64,000 nucleotides of DNA from Candidatus Hydrogenedentota bacterium (lineage in GTDB: Bacteria > Hydrogenedentota > Hydrogenedentia > Hydrogenedentales > CAITNO01), in contig JAGPFE010000015.1 in NCBI GenBank assembly GCA_018056705.1, positions 2,701-66,700 of the forward strand, given 5' to 3'. The position numbers were made by a program, and so were the translations under genes. This document shows, in pieces, positions 1 through 9,100 of the stretch. The first letter of the stretch is position 1. Each line of letters opens with the position of its first letter. The notes under the pieces are model-generated. The model was not told the origin of the DNA and searched no databases. It worked only from the letters and a program-made list of their open reading frames with translations.

Positions 1-27
1 ACGGGTTCCGGCTGAAAGGGAGGTCCA

Positions 28-1500
28 GTGCGCAGGCGAGACTTTTTAAGGATGGCCGCAATGGCCGCCCTGGGCGGGTGGTGGACATCCGGCGGCGCGG
101 TCGCGGAACGGCAGCGTCGCCAGAATGTTGTCTTTTTCCTGGTGGATGACCTGGGCTGGCGCGACCTGGGGTGTTACGGCAGTTCGTTCTATGACACGCC
201 CCGTATTGATCAACTCGCGAGCGAAGGGATGCGGTTTACCCAGGCGTACGCGGCCTGCCCCGTGTGCAGTCCCACCCGAGTCAGTATCATGACAGGGAAA
301 TACCCGGTACGGCTTGGAACCACCGACTGGTTCGGCGCGCCGCAACCCGAGACGGCCCATCTCCATCCCACCGGCAAGAATCCCCTGTTGCCCGCCCCCT
401 ACGTCGATCACATGCCGCTGGAAGAAACCACCATCGCCGAGGCGCTCGAAGCCGCGGGGTATACCACCTTTTTTGCGGGGAAATGGCACCTGGGTGGAGA
501 GGGGTTCTATCCTGAAAACCAGGGCTTTGCCTTCAATCGCGGGGGGTACGAGAAGGGAAGCCCCGTGTCGTATTTCAGTCCCTACGGGAATCCCAAGCTG
601 GAAGACGGTCCCGCGGGTGAACATCTTCCCGACCGGCTGGCCCGCGAATCGGTCCGGTTCCTGGAACAGCATGGCAATCAGCCGTTCCTGTTGTTTTTAT
701 CCTTTTATTCGGTGCACACGCCCCTGCAGGGCCGGCAGGACCTGGTGGAGAAATACCGGAAACGAGTGGAAGAGCGGGGTATCGCAAAAACCGGGTTTGT
801 GGACGAACGGGGCCACGCGGTCCGGCAGCTCCAGAACCATCCGGTATACGCGGCGATGGTTGAGGCAATGGACCAGGCGGTGGGAACCGTGCTGGACGCC
901 CTGGATCGGCTGGGGCTCACGGATACCACGGCGGTATTCCTGACGTCGGATAACGGCGGACTCTCCACGATGGGAGAAGGCGCGCCAACCAGTAACGTGC
1001 CCTTGCGGGCGGGAAAAGGCTGGCTGTACGAGGGCGGGACGCGCGTACCCCTGGTGGTCCGCTGGCCGGGAGTCACCCGTCCCGGCGGCGAATGCGACCA
1101 GCCGGTAATCAGCACGGATTACTATCCCACCATCCTGGAGATGGCCGGCCTGGCGGCCATGCTGGCCCAGCACGTGGACGGGCAGAGCCTGGTGCCACTC
1201 TTGCGGGGCGGGACCCTTCCGGCGTCCCGGCCGATTTTCTGGCATTATCCCCATTACGGCAACCAGGGGGCGTTCCCGGGAGGGGCGATCCGAAAGGGAG
1301 ATTTCAAGTTGATCGAATTTTTCGAGGATGGACACCAGGAACTGTACAACCTCAGGCTTGACCCCGGTGAACGTCATGATCTTTCTGCGGAACAACCGGA
1401 TGTCCGGAACGAACTCGCGGACATGCTGCATGCCTGGCAACGGGAAACGGGAGCGCGGTTTCCCACGCCCAATCCACACGCCGCGCCACGGCAACCGTGA
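28..1500 (+). CDS. Tat-secreted sulfatase (formylglycine-type arylsulfatase family)
   Basis: 490-aa ORF. N-terminal twin-arginine motif MRRRDFLRMAAMAAL. Sulfatase C-x-P-x-R signature in AACPVCSPTRVSIMTGK. GKWHLG motif. Confidence 0.85.
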   Translation: MRRRDFLRMAAMAALGGWWTSGGAVAERQRRQNVVFFLVDDLGWRDLGCYGSSFYDTPRIDQLASEGMRFTQAYAACPVCSPTRVSIMTGKYPVRLGTTDWFGAPQPETAHLHPTGKNPLLPAPYVDHMPLEETTIAEALEAAGYTTFFAGKWHLGGEGFYPENQGFAFNRGGYEKGSPVSYFSPYGNPKLEDGPAGEHLPDRLARESVRFLEQHGNQPFLLFLSFYSVHTPLQGRQDLVEKYRKRVEERGIAKTGFVDERGHAVRQLQNHPVYAAMVEAMDQAVGTVLDALDRLGLTDTTAVFLTSDNGGLSTMGEGAPTSNVPLRAGKGWLYEGGTRVPLVVRWPGVTRPGGECDQPVISTDYYPTILEMAGLAAMLAQHVDGQSLVPLLRGGTLPASRPIFWHYPHYGNQGAFPGGAIRKGDFKLIEFFEDGHQELYNLRLDPGERHDLSAEQPDVRNELADMLHAWQRETGARFPTPNPHAAPRQP

Positions 1501-1539
1501 AACGCGCGCGGAGGGATTGAAGTTGGGGGTAAGGGGGAA

Positions 1540-1707
1540 GATTTCTCGCTTCGCTCGAAATGACAGGGTTACCCCGAAATAACAGGGTTACCCCGAAATG
1601 ACAGGGTCGGATTCGAAATGCAGTGTCGGATCGGAATTACAAAATTAATAAAGATAGAGGTAACCCGATATACCCTGTCATTTCGACGAACGCGGTGAGG
1701 GGAAATC
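1540..1707. repeat. MITE-like element A: ~30-bp terminal inverted repeats (GATTTCTCGCTTCGCTCGAAATGACAGGGT / reverse complement of GATTTCCCCTCACCGCGTTCGTCGAAATGACAGGGT) flanking 3-4 tandem ~19-bp subrepeats (CGAAATGACAGGGTTACCC) and an AT-rich core
   Basis: Read directly: left arm 1540-1572, subrepeats 1555-1634, AT-rich core 1635-1660, inverted right arm 1672-1707. The same TIR core recurs at 42463-42753 and partially at 23680-23704. Confidence 0.6.
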
Positions 1708-2064
1708 TTGTAACGCGGCCCTACTCGTGGGGGAGGGGAGGTGTGTATGTTCCCGGGCGGCCAGGGTCATTTCCCTGGCGAGCACCCACTTCCCGGGAAT
1801 ACGAACGCGGCGATCCACCAGTCGCCCCACGACGTGAATTTCACTCGCCAGGGGAACCTGCCCCCGCGAAAGACGGTTTTCGCGCGGGTTGCGGCATGGC
1901 GCGTCTTTTTGATACACTATGTCGCCTGTAATTGTACTGAGTCCCTGTCGTGAGGACAGGGTAGGTTGTTCGTATGCCCGCGCGGGACGCGGTGTCTGTT
2001 TTCTTTACGGGAAACGGGGGCGCGTTTTGTGTGTCCGGCGGGCCTCTGGAACGCGGATCAGCGC

Positions 2065-3411
2065 ATGTTTGAAAGTCTGACACAGAGACTCGAAGCGGCG
2101 TTCAAGCGGCTGCGGGGTCAGGGTCGCCTTACCGAGGCGAACATGAAAGAGGCCCTGCAGGAAATCCGTCAGGCGCTGCTTGAGGCGGACGTCCACTACA
2201 AGGTCGTCAAGAAGTTCATCGCGGATGTGCAGGAAGCCGCGCTGGGGCGGAAAGTGCTTGAAAGCATCCATCCCAGCCAGATGGTGGTGAAGATCGTCCA
2301 CGATGAACTCGTGCGGCTGATGGGTGAGCGCAACGAGCCCTTGCGCCTGGCGGAAAAGGGGCTCTCCATCATCATGATGGTGGGGTTGCAGGGACAGGGT
2401 AAAACCACCACGGCCGGGAAACTGGCCGGCCTGCTGAAGCGGAGGGGACGCAATCCCATGCTGGTCGCGGCGGACGTGTATCGTCCCGCGGCGGTGGAGC
2501 AACTGGAGACGGTGGCGCGCCAGGTTGGCGTGGATTGCTTTACCGCGCCTGTCGGCACGGATCCCGTGGCGATCTGCCAGATGGCCCGGGCGGAAGCCCC
2601 CATGCGCGGGGCGGACACGCTGATTCTGGACACGGCGGGACGGTTGCACGTCGACGAGGAAATGATGAACGAGGTGCGCCGGATCGCCGAAGTGATGAGC
2701 CCTCACGAAATTCTGTTCGTCGCCAGCGCGATGACCGGCCAGGACGCGGTGCGTTCGGCCAAGCAGTTCCACGATGCCCTGCCGTTGACGGGGGTCGTGC
2801 TGACCCAGATGGACGGCGACGCGCGGGGTGGCGCGGCCATCAGCCTGATTGACGTGACCGGCTGCCCGATCAAATTTATCGGTACCGGCGAAAAGCTCGA
2901 TGCCATCGAGCCTTTCCATCCCGAACGCATGGCGACGCAGATCCTGGGCATGGGCGACGTGGTTTCGCTGGTGGAGCGGGCCCAGGAAATGGTGGACCGC
3001 AAACAGGCGGAAGATTTCCAGCGCAAGGCCCGAAAGGGCGACTGGAACCTCGAGGATTTCCTGGCCCAGATGCAGCAGGTCAAGCGGCTGGGATCCTTTG
3101 GCGACCTGATCCGGAAAATACCGGGTATCTCCAAGGTGATGCCGGACGGACTGGATGACGCCGAGCAGGAACTGAAGCGCACGGAGGCGATCATTCTGTC
3201 CATGACGCCGAAGGAACGCCGGAATCCCGCGATCATCAACGGCAGTCGGCGCCGTCGGATTGCCGATGGCAGTGGCACGTCGGTCCAGGAAGTGAACATG
3301 CTGCTCAAAGAGTTCGAGCGCATGAAAAAAATGGTGAAACAGGCAATGAAAGGCGGGTCGAAACAGCGGGGTCTGCGTGGCATGCCCCCGGGCGGCCCAT
3401 TTCCGTTCTGA
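2065..3411 (+). CDS. ffh: Signal recognition particle protein Ffh
   Basis: N-terminus MFESLTQRLEAAFKRLRGQGRLTE aligns with the canonical Ffh start. GLQGQGKTTT P-loop, DTAGR and TQMDGDARGG GTPase motifs. Met-rich C-terminal M domain. The ORF-track start 1966 is an upstream in-frame TTG, so the ATG at 2065 is preferred. Confidence 0.95.
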   Translation: MFESLTQRLEAAFKRLRGQGRLTEANMKEALQEIRQALLEADVHYKVVKKFIADVQEAALGRKVLESIHPSQMVVKIVHDELVRLMGERNEPLRLAEKGLSIIMMVGLQGQGKTTTAGKLAGLLKRRGRNPMLVAADVYRPAAVEQLETVARQVGVDCFTAPVGTDPVAICQMARAEAPMRGADTLILDTAGRLHVDEEMMNEVRRIAEVMSPHEILFVASAMTGQDAVRSAKQFHDALPLTGVVLTQMDGDARGGAAISLIDVTGCPIKFIGTGEKLDAIEPFHPERMATQILGMGDVVSLVERAQEMVDRKQAEDFQRKARKGDWNLEDFLAQMQQVKRLGSFGDLIRKIPGISKVMPDGLDDAEQELKRTEAIILSMTPKERRNPAIINGSRRRRIADGSGTSVQEVNMLLKEFERMKKMVKQAMKGGSKQRGLRGMPPGGPFPF

Positions 3412-3425
3412 CAGAGAGGTTCGAT

Positions 3426-3875
3426 ATGGCAACAGTGATCCGTCTCAAGCGTGGCGGCCGGAAGAAAAAGCCGTACTACCGGATTGTGGTGCAGGATTCC
3501 CGGTCGCGGGTGAAAGGCAAGGAAATCGAGGTGCTGGGCGTGTATCACCCCTGCGCGCGTCCCGAACCCTTCAGCCGGGTGGACGCCCACCGGGCGCTGC
3601 ACTGGTTGCGGACCGGCGCGCTCCCGAGTGACACGGTCCGGTCCCTGTTCAGCAAACTGGGCATCATGGCCCACCTGCATCACGGGACCACGCCGGAAGA
3701 AGCCACCGCGGAATTCTCCCATGGCCCGGAGGTGGTGAAAGGGTATACGCCGCCCGCGCCGCCCAAGCCCGCGCCCGCTCCGGAACCGGAACCCGCGCCT
3801 GAACCGGAAGTTACGGAGGTGGCGGCGGAAGCCGGGGAAGCCGCGGCAGAGAACACAGGAGACAACGCTTCCTGA
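3426..3875 (+). CDS. rpsP: 30S ribosomal protein S16 with Ala/Pro/Glu-rich C-terminal extension
   Basis: MATVIRLKRGGRKKKPYYRIVV is a conserved S16 N-terminus. About 60 extra C-terminal residues are low-complexity (PAPPKPAPAPEPEPAPEPE). Stop overlaps the next start (TGATG). Confidence 0.9.
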   Translation: MATVIRLKRGGRKKKPYYRIVVQDSRSRVKGKEIEVLGVYHPCARPEPFSRVDAHRALHWLRTGALPSDTVRSLFSKLGIMAHLHHGTTPEEATAEFSHGPEVVKGYTPPAPPKPAPAPEPEPAPEPEVTEVAAEAGEAAAENTGDNAS

Positions 3876-4126
3876 TGGAAACGGTGATCGCGCTGGTGGA
3901 ATACGTGGCGCGAGAACTGGCCACGCGCCGGGAAGAAGTCGTTCTGGATCTCCGGGATGGAGACGACGGCAAGGTAATCTGCCTCAGAACGCACCCCGAG
4001 GACGTGGGCCGGATCATCGGGCGCAACGGCCGGACGATTAACGCCCTGCGCGCGCTGGTGGCCACGGTCGCCGGGCGCGCGGGCCTCAAGGTGACGGTGG
4101 AGGTGGATGCTCCCGCCGCCTCGTAG
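3875..4126 (+). CDS. KH-domain RNA-binding protein (UPF0109/YlqC-like)
   Basis: 83 aa. [17 protein letters not shown] fits a KH GxxG loop. Sits in the conserved position between rpsP and trmD. Confidence 0.75.
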   Translation: METVIALVEYVARELATRREEVVLDLRDGDDGKVICLRTHPEDVGRIIGRNGRTINALRALVATVAGRAGLKVTVEVDAPAAS

Positions 4127-4146
4127 TCCCGGGAAAGGGAGTCGCC

Positions 4147-4917
4147 ATGCGGATCGACGTTTTGACGCTGTTTCCGGAACTGGTGACGCCCGCCCTGAAC
4201 GCGAGTCTGCTGGGCAAGGCCCTTGCCGAGGGCCTGCTGGAAGTGGTGGTGACGAATATCCGGGATTTCGCCACGGATCGCCACCGGACGGTGGACGACG
4301 AACCTTACGGCGGTGGCGCCGGGATGGTGATGAAGTGCGAGCCGCTATTCGCGGCGGTGGAAAGTTTAAGATCGCGCAATTCCCTGGAACGGGTCGTCCT
4401 GATGTCGCCCCGGGGAACGCCGCTCACCCAGGAAAAGGTGAAGGAACTGGCCGGGTATCCCGACCTGGTGATCCTTTGCGGACGTTATGAAGGCGTGGAT
4501 GAGCGGGTGGCCCGGAACCTGGCGACCGAGGAAATTTCCATCGGGGATTACGTGCTGAGTGGTGGCGAGTTGCCGGCCCTCGTGCTGATCGAGGCACTCA
4601 GCCGGATGATCCCCGGCGTGGTGGGGAACTGGGAGTCCGTGGAAACGGACTCGTTCTACGATGGCCTGCTGGGGCCACCCCAGTACACCCGTCCGGCGCA
4701 ATTCCGGGGGATGTCCGTGCCCGAGGTGCTATTGAGTGGCAACCACGCGGCCATCCGACGGTGGCGACGAAAGGAAGCCCTGCGGGTGACCCTTGAACGT
4801 CGGCCCGACCTGCTGGAACGGCGCGAAAAACGGAATGAACTCAGCGAGGAAGACCAGAAACTGATCAGAGAGATCCTCAACGAACGCGGCGGGGATCCGG
4901 ACAAGGAGAACAGGTAA
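4147..4917 (+). CDS. trmD: tRNA (guanine37-N1)-methyltransferase
   Basis: 256 aa: [11 protein letters not shown]..., [31 protein letters not shown] motifs. One-nucleotide overlap with rplS. Confidence 0.9.
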   Translation: MRIDVLTLFPELVTPALNASLLGKALAEGLLEVVVTNIRDFATDRHRTVDDEPYGGGAGMVMKCEPLFAAVESLRSRNSLERVVLMSPRGTPLTQEKVKELAGYPDLVILCGRYEGVDERVARNLATEEISIGDYVLSGGELPALVLIEALSRMIPGVVGNWESVETDSFYDGLLGPPQYTRPAQFRGMSVPEVLLSGNHAAIRRWRRKEALRVTLERRPDLLERREKRNELSEEDQKLIREILNERGGDPDKENR

Positions 4918-5276
4918 TGGATATCATCAGAGAATACGCCTCCCGGTACATGAAACCGGCCGATCAACTTCCAAAGTTTAATGTCGGCGACACGGTCCGG
5001 GTGCACTTCCGCATCGTGGAAGGTGAAAAAGAACGGATACAGGTGTATGAGGGCGTGGTAATCGCGCGCAAGGGCAAGGAAAGCCCCACTGCCACCTTTA
5101 CCGTGCGCCGCGTCGCCTACGGAGAGGGCGTGGAGAGGGTGTTCCCGCTGCATTCTCCCCGCGTGGAAAAGGTGGAAGTCATCCGCGAGGGCCGCGTCCG
5201 TCGCGCGAAACTGTACTACCTGCGCGAACGGGTGGGCAAGGCGGCCAAGGTCAAGGCCAGGCAGCGCAACGCCTAG
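4917..5276 (+). CDS. rplS: 50S ribosomal protein L19
   Basis: 119-aa basic protein ([33 protein letters not shown]...). Canonical trmD-rplS order. Confidence 0.9.
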   Translation: MDIIREYASRYMKPADQLPKFNVGDTVRVHFRIVEGEKERIQVYEGVVIARKGKESPTATFTVRRVAYGEGVERVFPLHSPRVEKVEVIREGRVRRAKLYYLRERVGKAAKVKARQRNA

Positions 5277-5318
5277 GAACAGTTCGCCGGTTACGGCGGG
5301 CATAAGAGTCACTCTGGC

Positions 5319-5365
5319 CGGGCGTGGCTGGTTTTCGAAAGCCGCGCCCGGTTTGTGTTGTTTTA
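5319..5365 (+). terminator. Rho-independent terminator after rplS
   Basis: Stem CCGGGCG (5319-5325) pairs with CGCCCGG (5346-5352), followed by TTTGTGTTGTTTT. Confidence 0.5.
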
Positions 5366-5432
5366 AACGGTATGGTATGGTAGCCACCGGCACGCGGCGT
5401 GGACAGAATGAAAACCAGCAAGGATCACAACC

Positions 5433-6152
5433 ATGGACCCCAAAGAATTTGCCCGGATGCTGATCCAGAGCCTCCCTGGAGATTGCCAGGTGATTGCCCG
5501 GGAGGGAGAATTTGAGAAAGTGGTTTTTACCCGGGATGGATCAACCTTTTACATGCAGCCCGGAACCTTTCCTGGCACGGTTGAATTCACGATGGCCGTG
5601 ACCGCGTACGAACCGGAAGATAACCTGTGGTTTGTTCTGCAGGCCAATTTCCTGAACTATACCTTCGGCGGCGCGAAGTTCCAGGTTCGTCCCGTTCGGG
5701 ACGAAGATAGGCTGCTGATGCTTATCGAATGCTGTTACGTCGTGTTCGTTCAGGACGAGGAGCGTTTTGGTGAAACGGTTCCCCTGATTCTGGATCGTTT
5801 GCAGCAATGCGCGGACACCTATGAGAACATACTCGAACAGATGGAAGAGGTCTTCGATTCGCTGAAAGGCAAGGATCAGAAGCGGTTCTCGGATGATAAG
5901 CTTCTGTTTGATATCCACCGGTGGAACAACAAGACACTGGAAGAGATTGCCGCCGACGACGATGACGACGACGATGATTACGATGACGATGACGACGATT
6001 ACGATGAATATGACGATGACGATGATGATGACGACTACGATTTCGAGGATGACGACGAGTTTCATGATCTGGACCTGGATGAGGACGAAGACGAGGACGA
6101 GGATGAGGATGACCGTCGAAAAAAAGGTGGCGGCAAGAAAAAACGCCGGTAA
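5433..6152 (+). CDS. Hypothetical protein: globular N-terminal domain plus ~60-residue poly-Asp/Glu tail ending in Lys/Arg patch
   Basis: 239-aa ORF with normal codon usage in its first ~170 aa. Tail reads EEIAADDDDDDDDYDDDDDDYDEYDDDDDDDDYDFEDDDEFHDLDLDEDEDEDEDEDDRRKKGGGKKKRR. RBS-like GGA upstream. No confident family assignment. Confidence 0.6.
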   Translation: MDPKEFARMLIQSLPGDCQVIAREGEFEKVVFTRDGSTFYMQPGTFPGTVEFTMAVTAYEPEDNLWFVLQANFLNYTFGGAKFQVRPVRDEDRLLMLIECCYVVFVQDEERFGETVPLILDRLQQCADTYENILEQMEEVFDSLKGKDQKRFSDDKLLFDIHRWNNKTLEEIAADDDDDDDDYDDDDDDYDEYDDDDDDDDYDFEDDDEFHDLDLDEDEDEDEDEDDRRKKGGGKKKRR

Positions 6153-6175
6153 GTTCGCGTGGCAAGGGAAGGCCC

Positions 6176-7102
6176 ATGTGGCTGGTTTCGGAAACCGCGG
6201 ATTGCGCCCACTGGCGTGCCCCGGCGAAAATCAATCTCTATCTTGACGTTTTGCGTCGCCGCCCGGATGGCTATCACGATATCGAGACCGTGTTTCAGTC
6301 CGTGTCCCTGTGGGACGAGGTGCTCGTGGATGTTTCGGGTGGGAGCGACCTCGCGCTGGCCTGTTCCGAGCCGGAACTTGAAACACCGGATAATCTCGCC
6401 CTGCGAGCAGCTCACCTCTTGCGGGAAGTTAGCGGTACGGGACGGGGGGCCCGGATATGGATCCGAAAGCGTATTCCCGTGGGAGGCGGTATGGCCGGGG
6501 GATCGACCGATGCCGCCGCGGTACTGGTCGCGTTGAACCGGTTGTGGGCGATCGATTTCTCCCTGGACAGGCTGCGTGCGCTGGCCCTGCAATTGGGCTC
6601 CGATGTGCCGTTCTGTCTTGTGGGTGGAACGGCGGCGGCGGGGGGCAGGGGAGAGCGCCTGGTTGACCTGCCCCCGATTGACCCCCCGCGTCACGTGGTG
6701 CTGGTTTTCCCTGGCATCGTATCCCGCACGGCGGACGTGTACCGGCACCCATCCCTCCTGCCGTCCGGCGCGTTACCTGAAAAAGATGGCTGGACAGCCG
6801 CGTTTGCCAGCGTCCTGGAACGGTTGCGGGCGGGACGGGTGGCGGATGTGGTGTTCAATCGTCTTGAAACGCCGGTGTTCGCGCTGTATCCACGGTTACG
6901 GGAGATCCGGGACTGCCTGCTGGCAGCCGGGTGCGCGGCGGCGGCCGTCAGCGGAAGCGGATCGACGGTGTTCGGTCTGTGCGAAACGGCGGAAGCGGCC
7001 CGGGATATTTGCCGCAGGATGCGAAAGGAGCACTCGTGGCCTTCCGAAGCGGTTTCCATGTGGAATCCGGGCCATGTGGTGTGGGCCAGTCCTGGTTTTT
7101 GA
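6176..7102 (+). CDS. ispE: 4-diphosphocytidyl-2-C-methyl-D-erythritol kinase
   Basis: PAKINLYLDVLRRRPDGYH and IPVGGGMAGGSTDAAAVL are GHMP-kinase / IspE signature motifs. Confidence 0.85.
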   Translation: MWLVSETADCAHWRAPAKINLYLDVLRRRPDGYHDIETVFQSVSLWDEVLVDVSGGSDLALACSEPELETPDNLALRAAHLLREVSGTGRGARIWIRKRIPVGGGMAGGSTDAAAVLVALNRLWAIDFSLDRLRALALQLGSDVPFCLVGGTAAAGGRGERLVDLPPIDPPRHVVLVFPGIVSRTADVYRHPSLLPSGALPEKDGWTAAFASVLERLRAGRVADVVFNRLETPVFALYPRLREIRDCLLAAGCAAAAVSGSGSTVFGLCETAEAARDICRRMRKEHSWPSEAVSMWNPGHVVWASPGF

Positions 7103-7116
7103 GGGGACCAAGTGGA

Positions 7117-7935
7117 ATGAAGTTTCAGATGTTACGGATTGCCCTGGATAAGATCCGGCAGGTCTGGCGCAGGGGCCGGACCCGTGGCTGGCGGCAGGCG
7201 CGGGTTTGCGCCACGGTATACGCCATAAACGGCTGGACGCGCCTGCGCAATCGCTGGTGTCGTTCATTCCGGCGGGAATGTCCGTGTTGCGGCTGGCGGG
7301 GCTGGGGGTTCCGGGCGATCGATTGCGGCGATTTCCTGGTGCCCGAGGCGGAATGCCCCCAGTGTTTTGGACAGGAGCGCCACCGGCTGATGGCGATTTT
7401 TCTGGAACGCGAGGGGTTGCCGATGGTATCGGGCGCGCGGGTACTGCACTTTGCCCCGGAGCGTCAGTTGACGGACTGGATCAGGCGCGACAATCGGGCA
7501 GGCCTGTCCGTGAACGTCGATATCGACCGGAACCGCGTGCTGGGTGAAGCGCGTCCCTGCGTGCAGATGGACATGCAGCGAATGCCCTTTGCCGACAGGG
7601 TGTTCGATCTCGGGTTCTGCCTTCATGTCATGGAACATGTGCCGGACGACCGGGCTGGATTCAGTGAACTGCGCCGGGTGATGAAGCGGGAGGGTACACT
7701 GGTTCTGATGGTTCCGTTCATGATGGGCCAGTCGGAAACCATTGAATACGGGGCTCCGGATCCAGACATGTTCGATCACGTCCGTGGATATTCACCGCTT
7801 GATTTCGAAAAGCGGCTCGTTGGATGGCGGTTCCGGAAAATCATGCCCCGGGACGTGATGACCGAGGAAGAACGGACCCGTTTCGCCATACCTCCCGACA
7901 GCCAGGTCATATACCTCTGTTCGCCGAACCAGTGA
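7117..7935 (+). CDS. Class I SAM-dependent methyltransferase with N-terminal Cys4 zinc ribbon
   Basis: CPCCGW...CPQCFG gives a CxxC..CxxC ribbon. VLHFAPE...DIDRNRVLG...DRVFDLGFCLHVMEHV are methyltransferase motifs I and post-I. Start taken at the ATG after the ispE stop (the ORF-track start 6931 overlaps ispE). Confidence 0.6.
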   Translation: MKFQMLRIALDKIRQVWRRGRTRGWRQARVCATVYAINGWTRLRNRWCRSFRRECPCCGWRGWGFRAIDCGDFLVPEAECPQCFGQERHRLMAIFLEREGLPMVSGARVLHFAPERQLTDWIRRDNRAGLSVNVDIDRNRVLGEARPCVQMDMQRMPFADRVFDLGFCLHVMEHVPDDRAGFSELRRVMKREGTLVLMVPFMMGQSETIEYGAPDPDMFDHVRGYSPLDFEKRLVGWRFRKIMPRDVMTEEERTRFAIPPDSQVIYLCSPNQ

Positions 7936-7948
7936 CGACCGGGGCGAG

Positions 7949-9100
7949 TCAGGTCCCCAGTACCCACGACACCGCCCACGAGTCAAGGTTCCGCAAGTGC
8001 AGGACCTGGTTGGTCCAGTAACGGACGGGGTTTTTCTTCCGGTAAGTGACGGTCCACGGTGGACAGGTGTTGACCCGTTTCGGGCACACAATGAGTTCGT
8101 TTCCAGCGAGACGCGCGCATCCCTGGCGCGCGAAAAAATGGCAAGCCTGCAGGCAGGCAGTCCCAGGTTCGCGCCGTAACGCGGGGTGGATAAGAGCATG
8201 ATCCGTGGAACTGATCCAGTCGAGGACTGCCTGGACCAGCCGGCGCGTGCCCAGTCGCTCCCGACCGTGCGTGTTCATGGCCCATAGTAGCGTGGCGACA
8301 AGGTGCGCCGCGTTGACTTCCACGAGGTTGCCCGTGGCCGCGCAGATTTCAGCGTTACACGCGACCAGGTCAGCCGGTTCGCTTCGGGCGGCGACGAAGA
8401 TCGGCGGGCCGAACGCGACGGTTATTTCTCCGGATACGGGATGACGGGTGATCCCCGCGGGCACGACAGGCATGGCAGGTAATTCCGCCATCCGGGCGCC
8501 GAGGGCCGCCAGCGCGGCCGGATCGCCGGGGACCTCGATGTCCCCCGGCCGGTATTCGATCCACGCGCCAGTGCGACTCCGCGTGCCGCTGGGAAACAAG
8601 GCGCAGGCTTCGCCCGTGCGCAGGGCGTTCAGCGCGGGCCGTAACTGGTGAGGATTCACCCTGCCCCGCGAGATCAGTACCGCGCCGCATCGTTCGCACA
8701 GGGTGTTCAACGACAGGGGAAGCCAGTCCCATGGAAATCCCTTGAAAAAGTCGTCCCGCATGAGAAAACGGGGAATGTAGCGTTCGCCGGAAGCCAGGTG
8801 AATGGCGGGCCACAGGAACGCGGGATCATCCAGGCCGTGATGATTCGCCACGAATACGGCCGGCCCGTCCGCGGGACAATGCCCGTGACCGATGATCCGC
8901 AGGCGGTGCCACCGGAAAAGGCAATAGGCCGTTCGCGCCAGCGGATCTTTATGGGGCACAAAATCGGGTAGAGGGATATTTCGGGCCATGCGACAGGTAA
9001 TCAGCCGCAGGCAGAGCCCCAGGAATATCAGCCAGCCCCGGACGCAGGATACCCGCCGCCTGAACACATCGGGATCGGGACGCGTGGCCCCAGGGGTCAC
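7949..9100 (-). CDS. Lysophospholipid/glycerol-3-phosphate acyltransferase (PlsC-like) with C-terminal domain of unknown function
   Basis: HxxxxD motif in FVANHHGLDDPAF plus FPSGTRSRTG (acyltransferase motifs I and III). Last ~150 aa unassigned. ATGA-type overlap with upstream pdxJ. Confidence 0.65.
   Translation of the reverse strand: MTPGATRPDPDVFRRRVSCVRGWLIFLGLCLRLITCRMARNIPLPDFVPHKDPLARTAYCLFRWHRLRIIGHGHCPADGPAVFVANHHGLDDPAFLWPAIHLASGERYIPRFLMRDDFFKGFPWDWLPLSLNTLCERCGAVLISRGRVNPHQLRPALNALRTGEACALFPSGTRSRTGAWIEYRPGDIEVPGDPAALAALGARMAELPAMPVVPAGITRHPVSGEITVAFGPPIFVAARSEPADLVACNAEICAATGNLVEVNAAHLVATLLWAMNTHGRERLGTRRLVQAVLDWISSTDHALIHPALRREPGTACLQACHFFARQGCARLAGNELIVCPKRVNTCPPWTVTYRKKNPVRYWTNQVLHLRNLDSWAVSWVLGT

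Noticed and set aside
1966-2064. Upstream in-frame TTG start for ffh given by the ORF track
   Set aside because: Adds 33 non-conserved residues. The canonical Ffh N-terminus MFESLTQRL begins at ATG 2065.
2005-3432. 475-aa antisense ORF opposite ffh. Similar long antisense ORFs occur at 12195-13250, 24175-26112, 27651-28772, 30755-31858, 36043-36747, 38895-40985, 50990-51928 and 52941-53618.
   Set aside because: Each lies opposite a strongly conserved, motif-bearing gene. High-GC genomes generate long stop-free antisense frames. Products are Arg/Pro/Gly-rich low-complexity.
5935-6125. GAY-rich tract considered as non-coding microsatellite
   Set aside because: It is in frame and contiguous with a well-formed N-terminal domain, and ends in a coherent Lys/Arg tail before the stop. 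Treated as coding.
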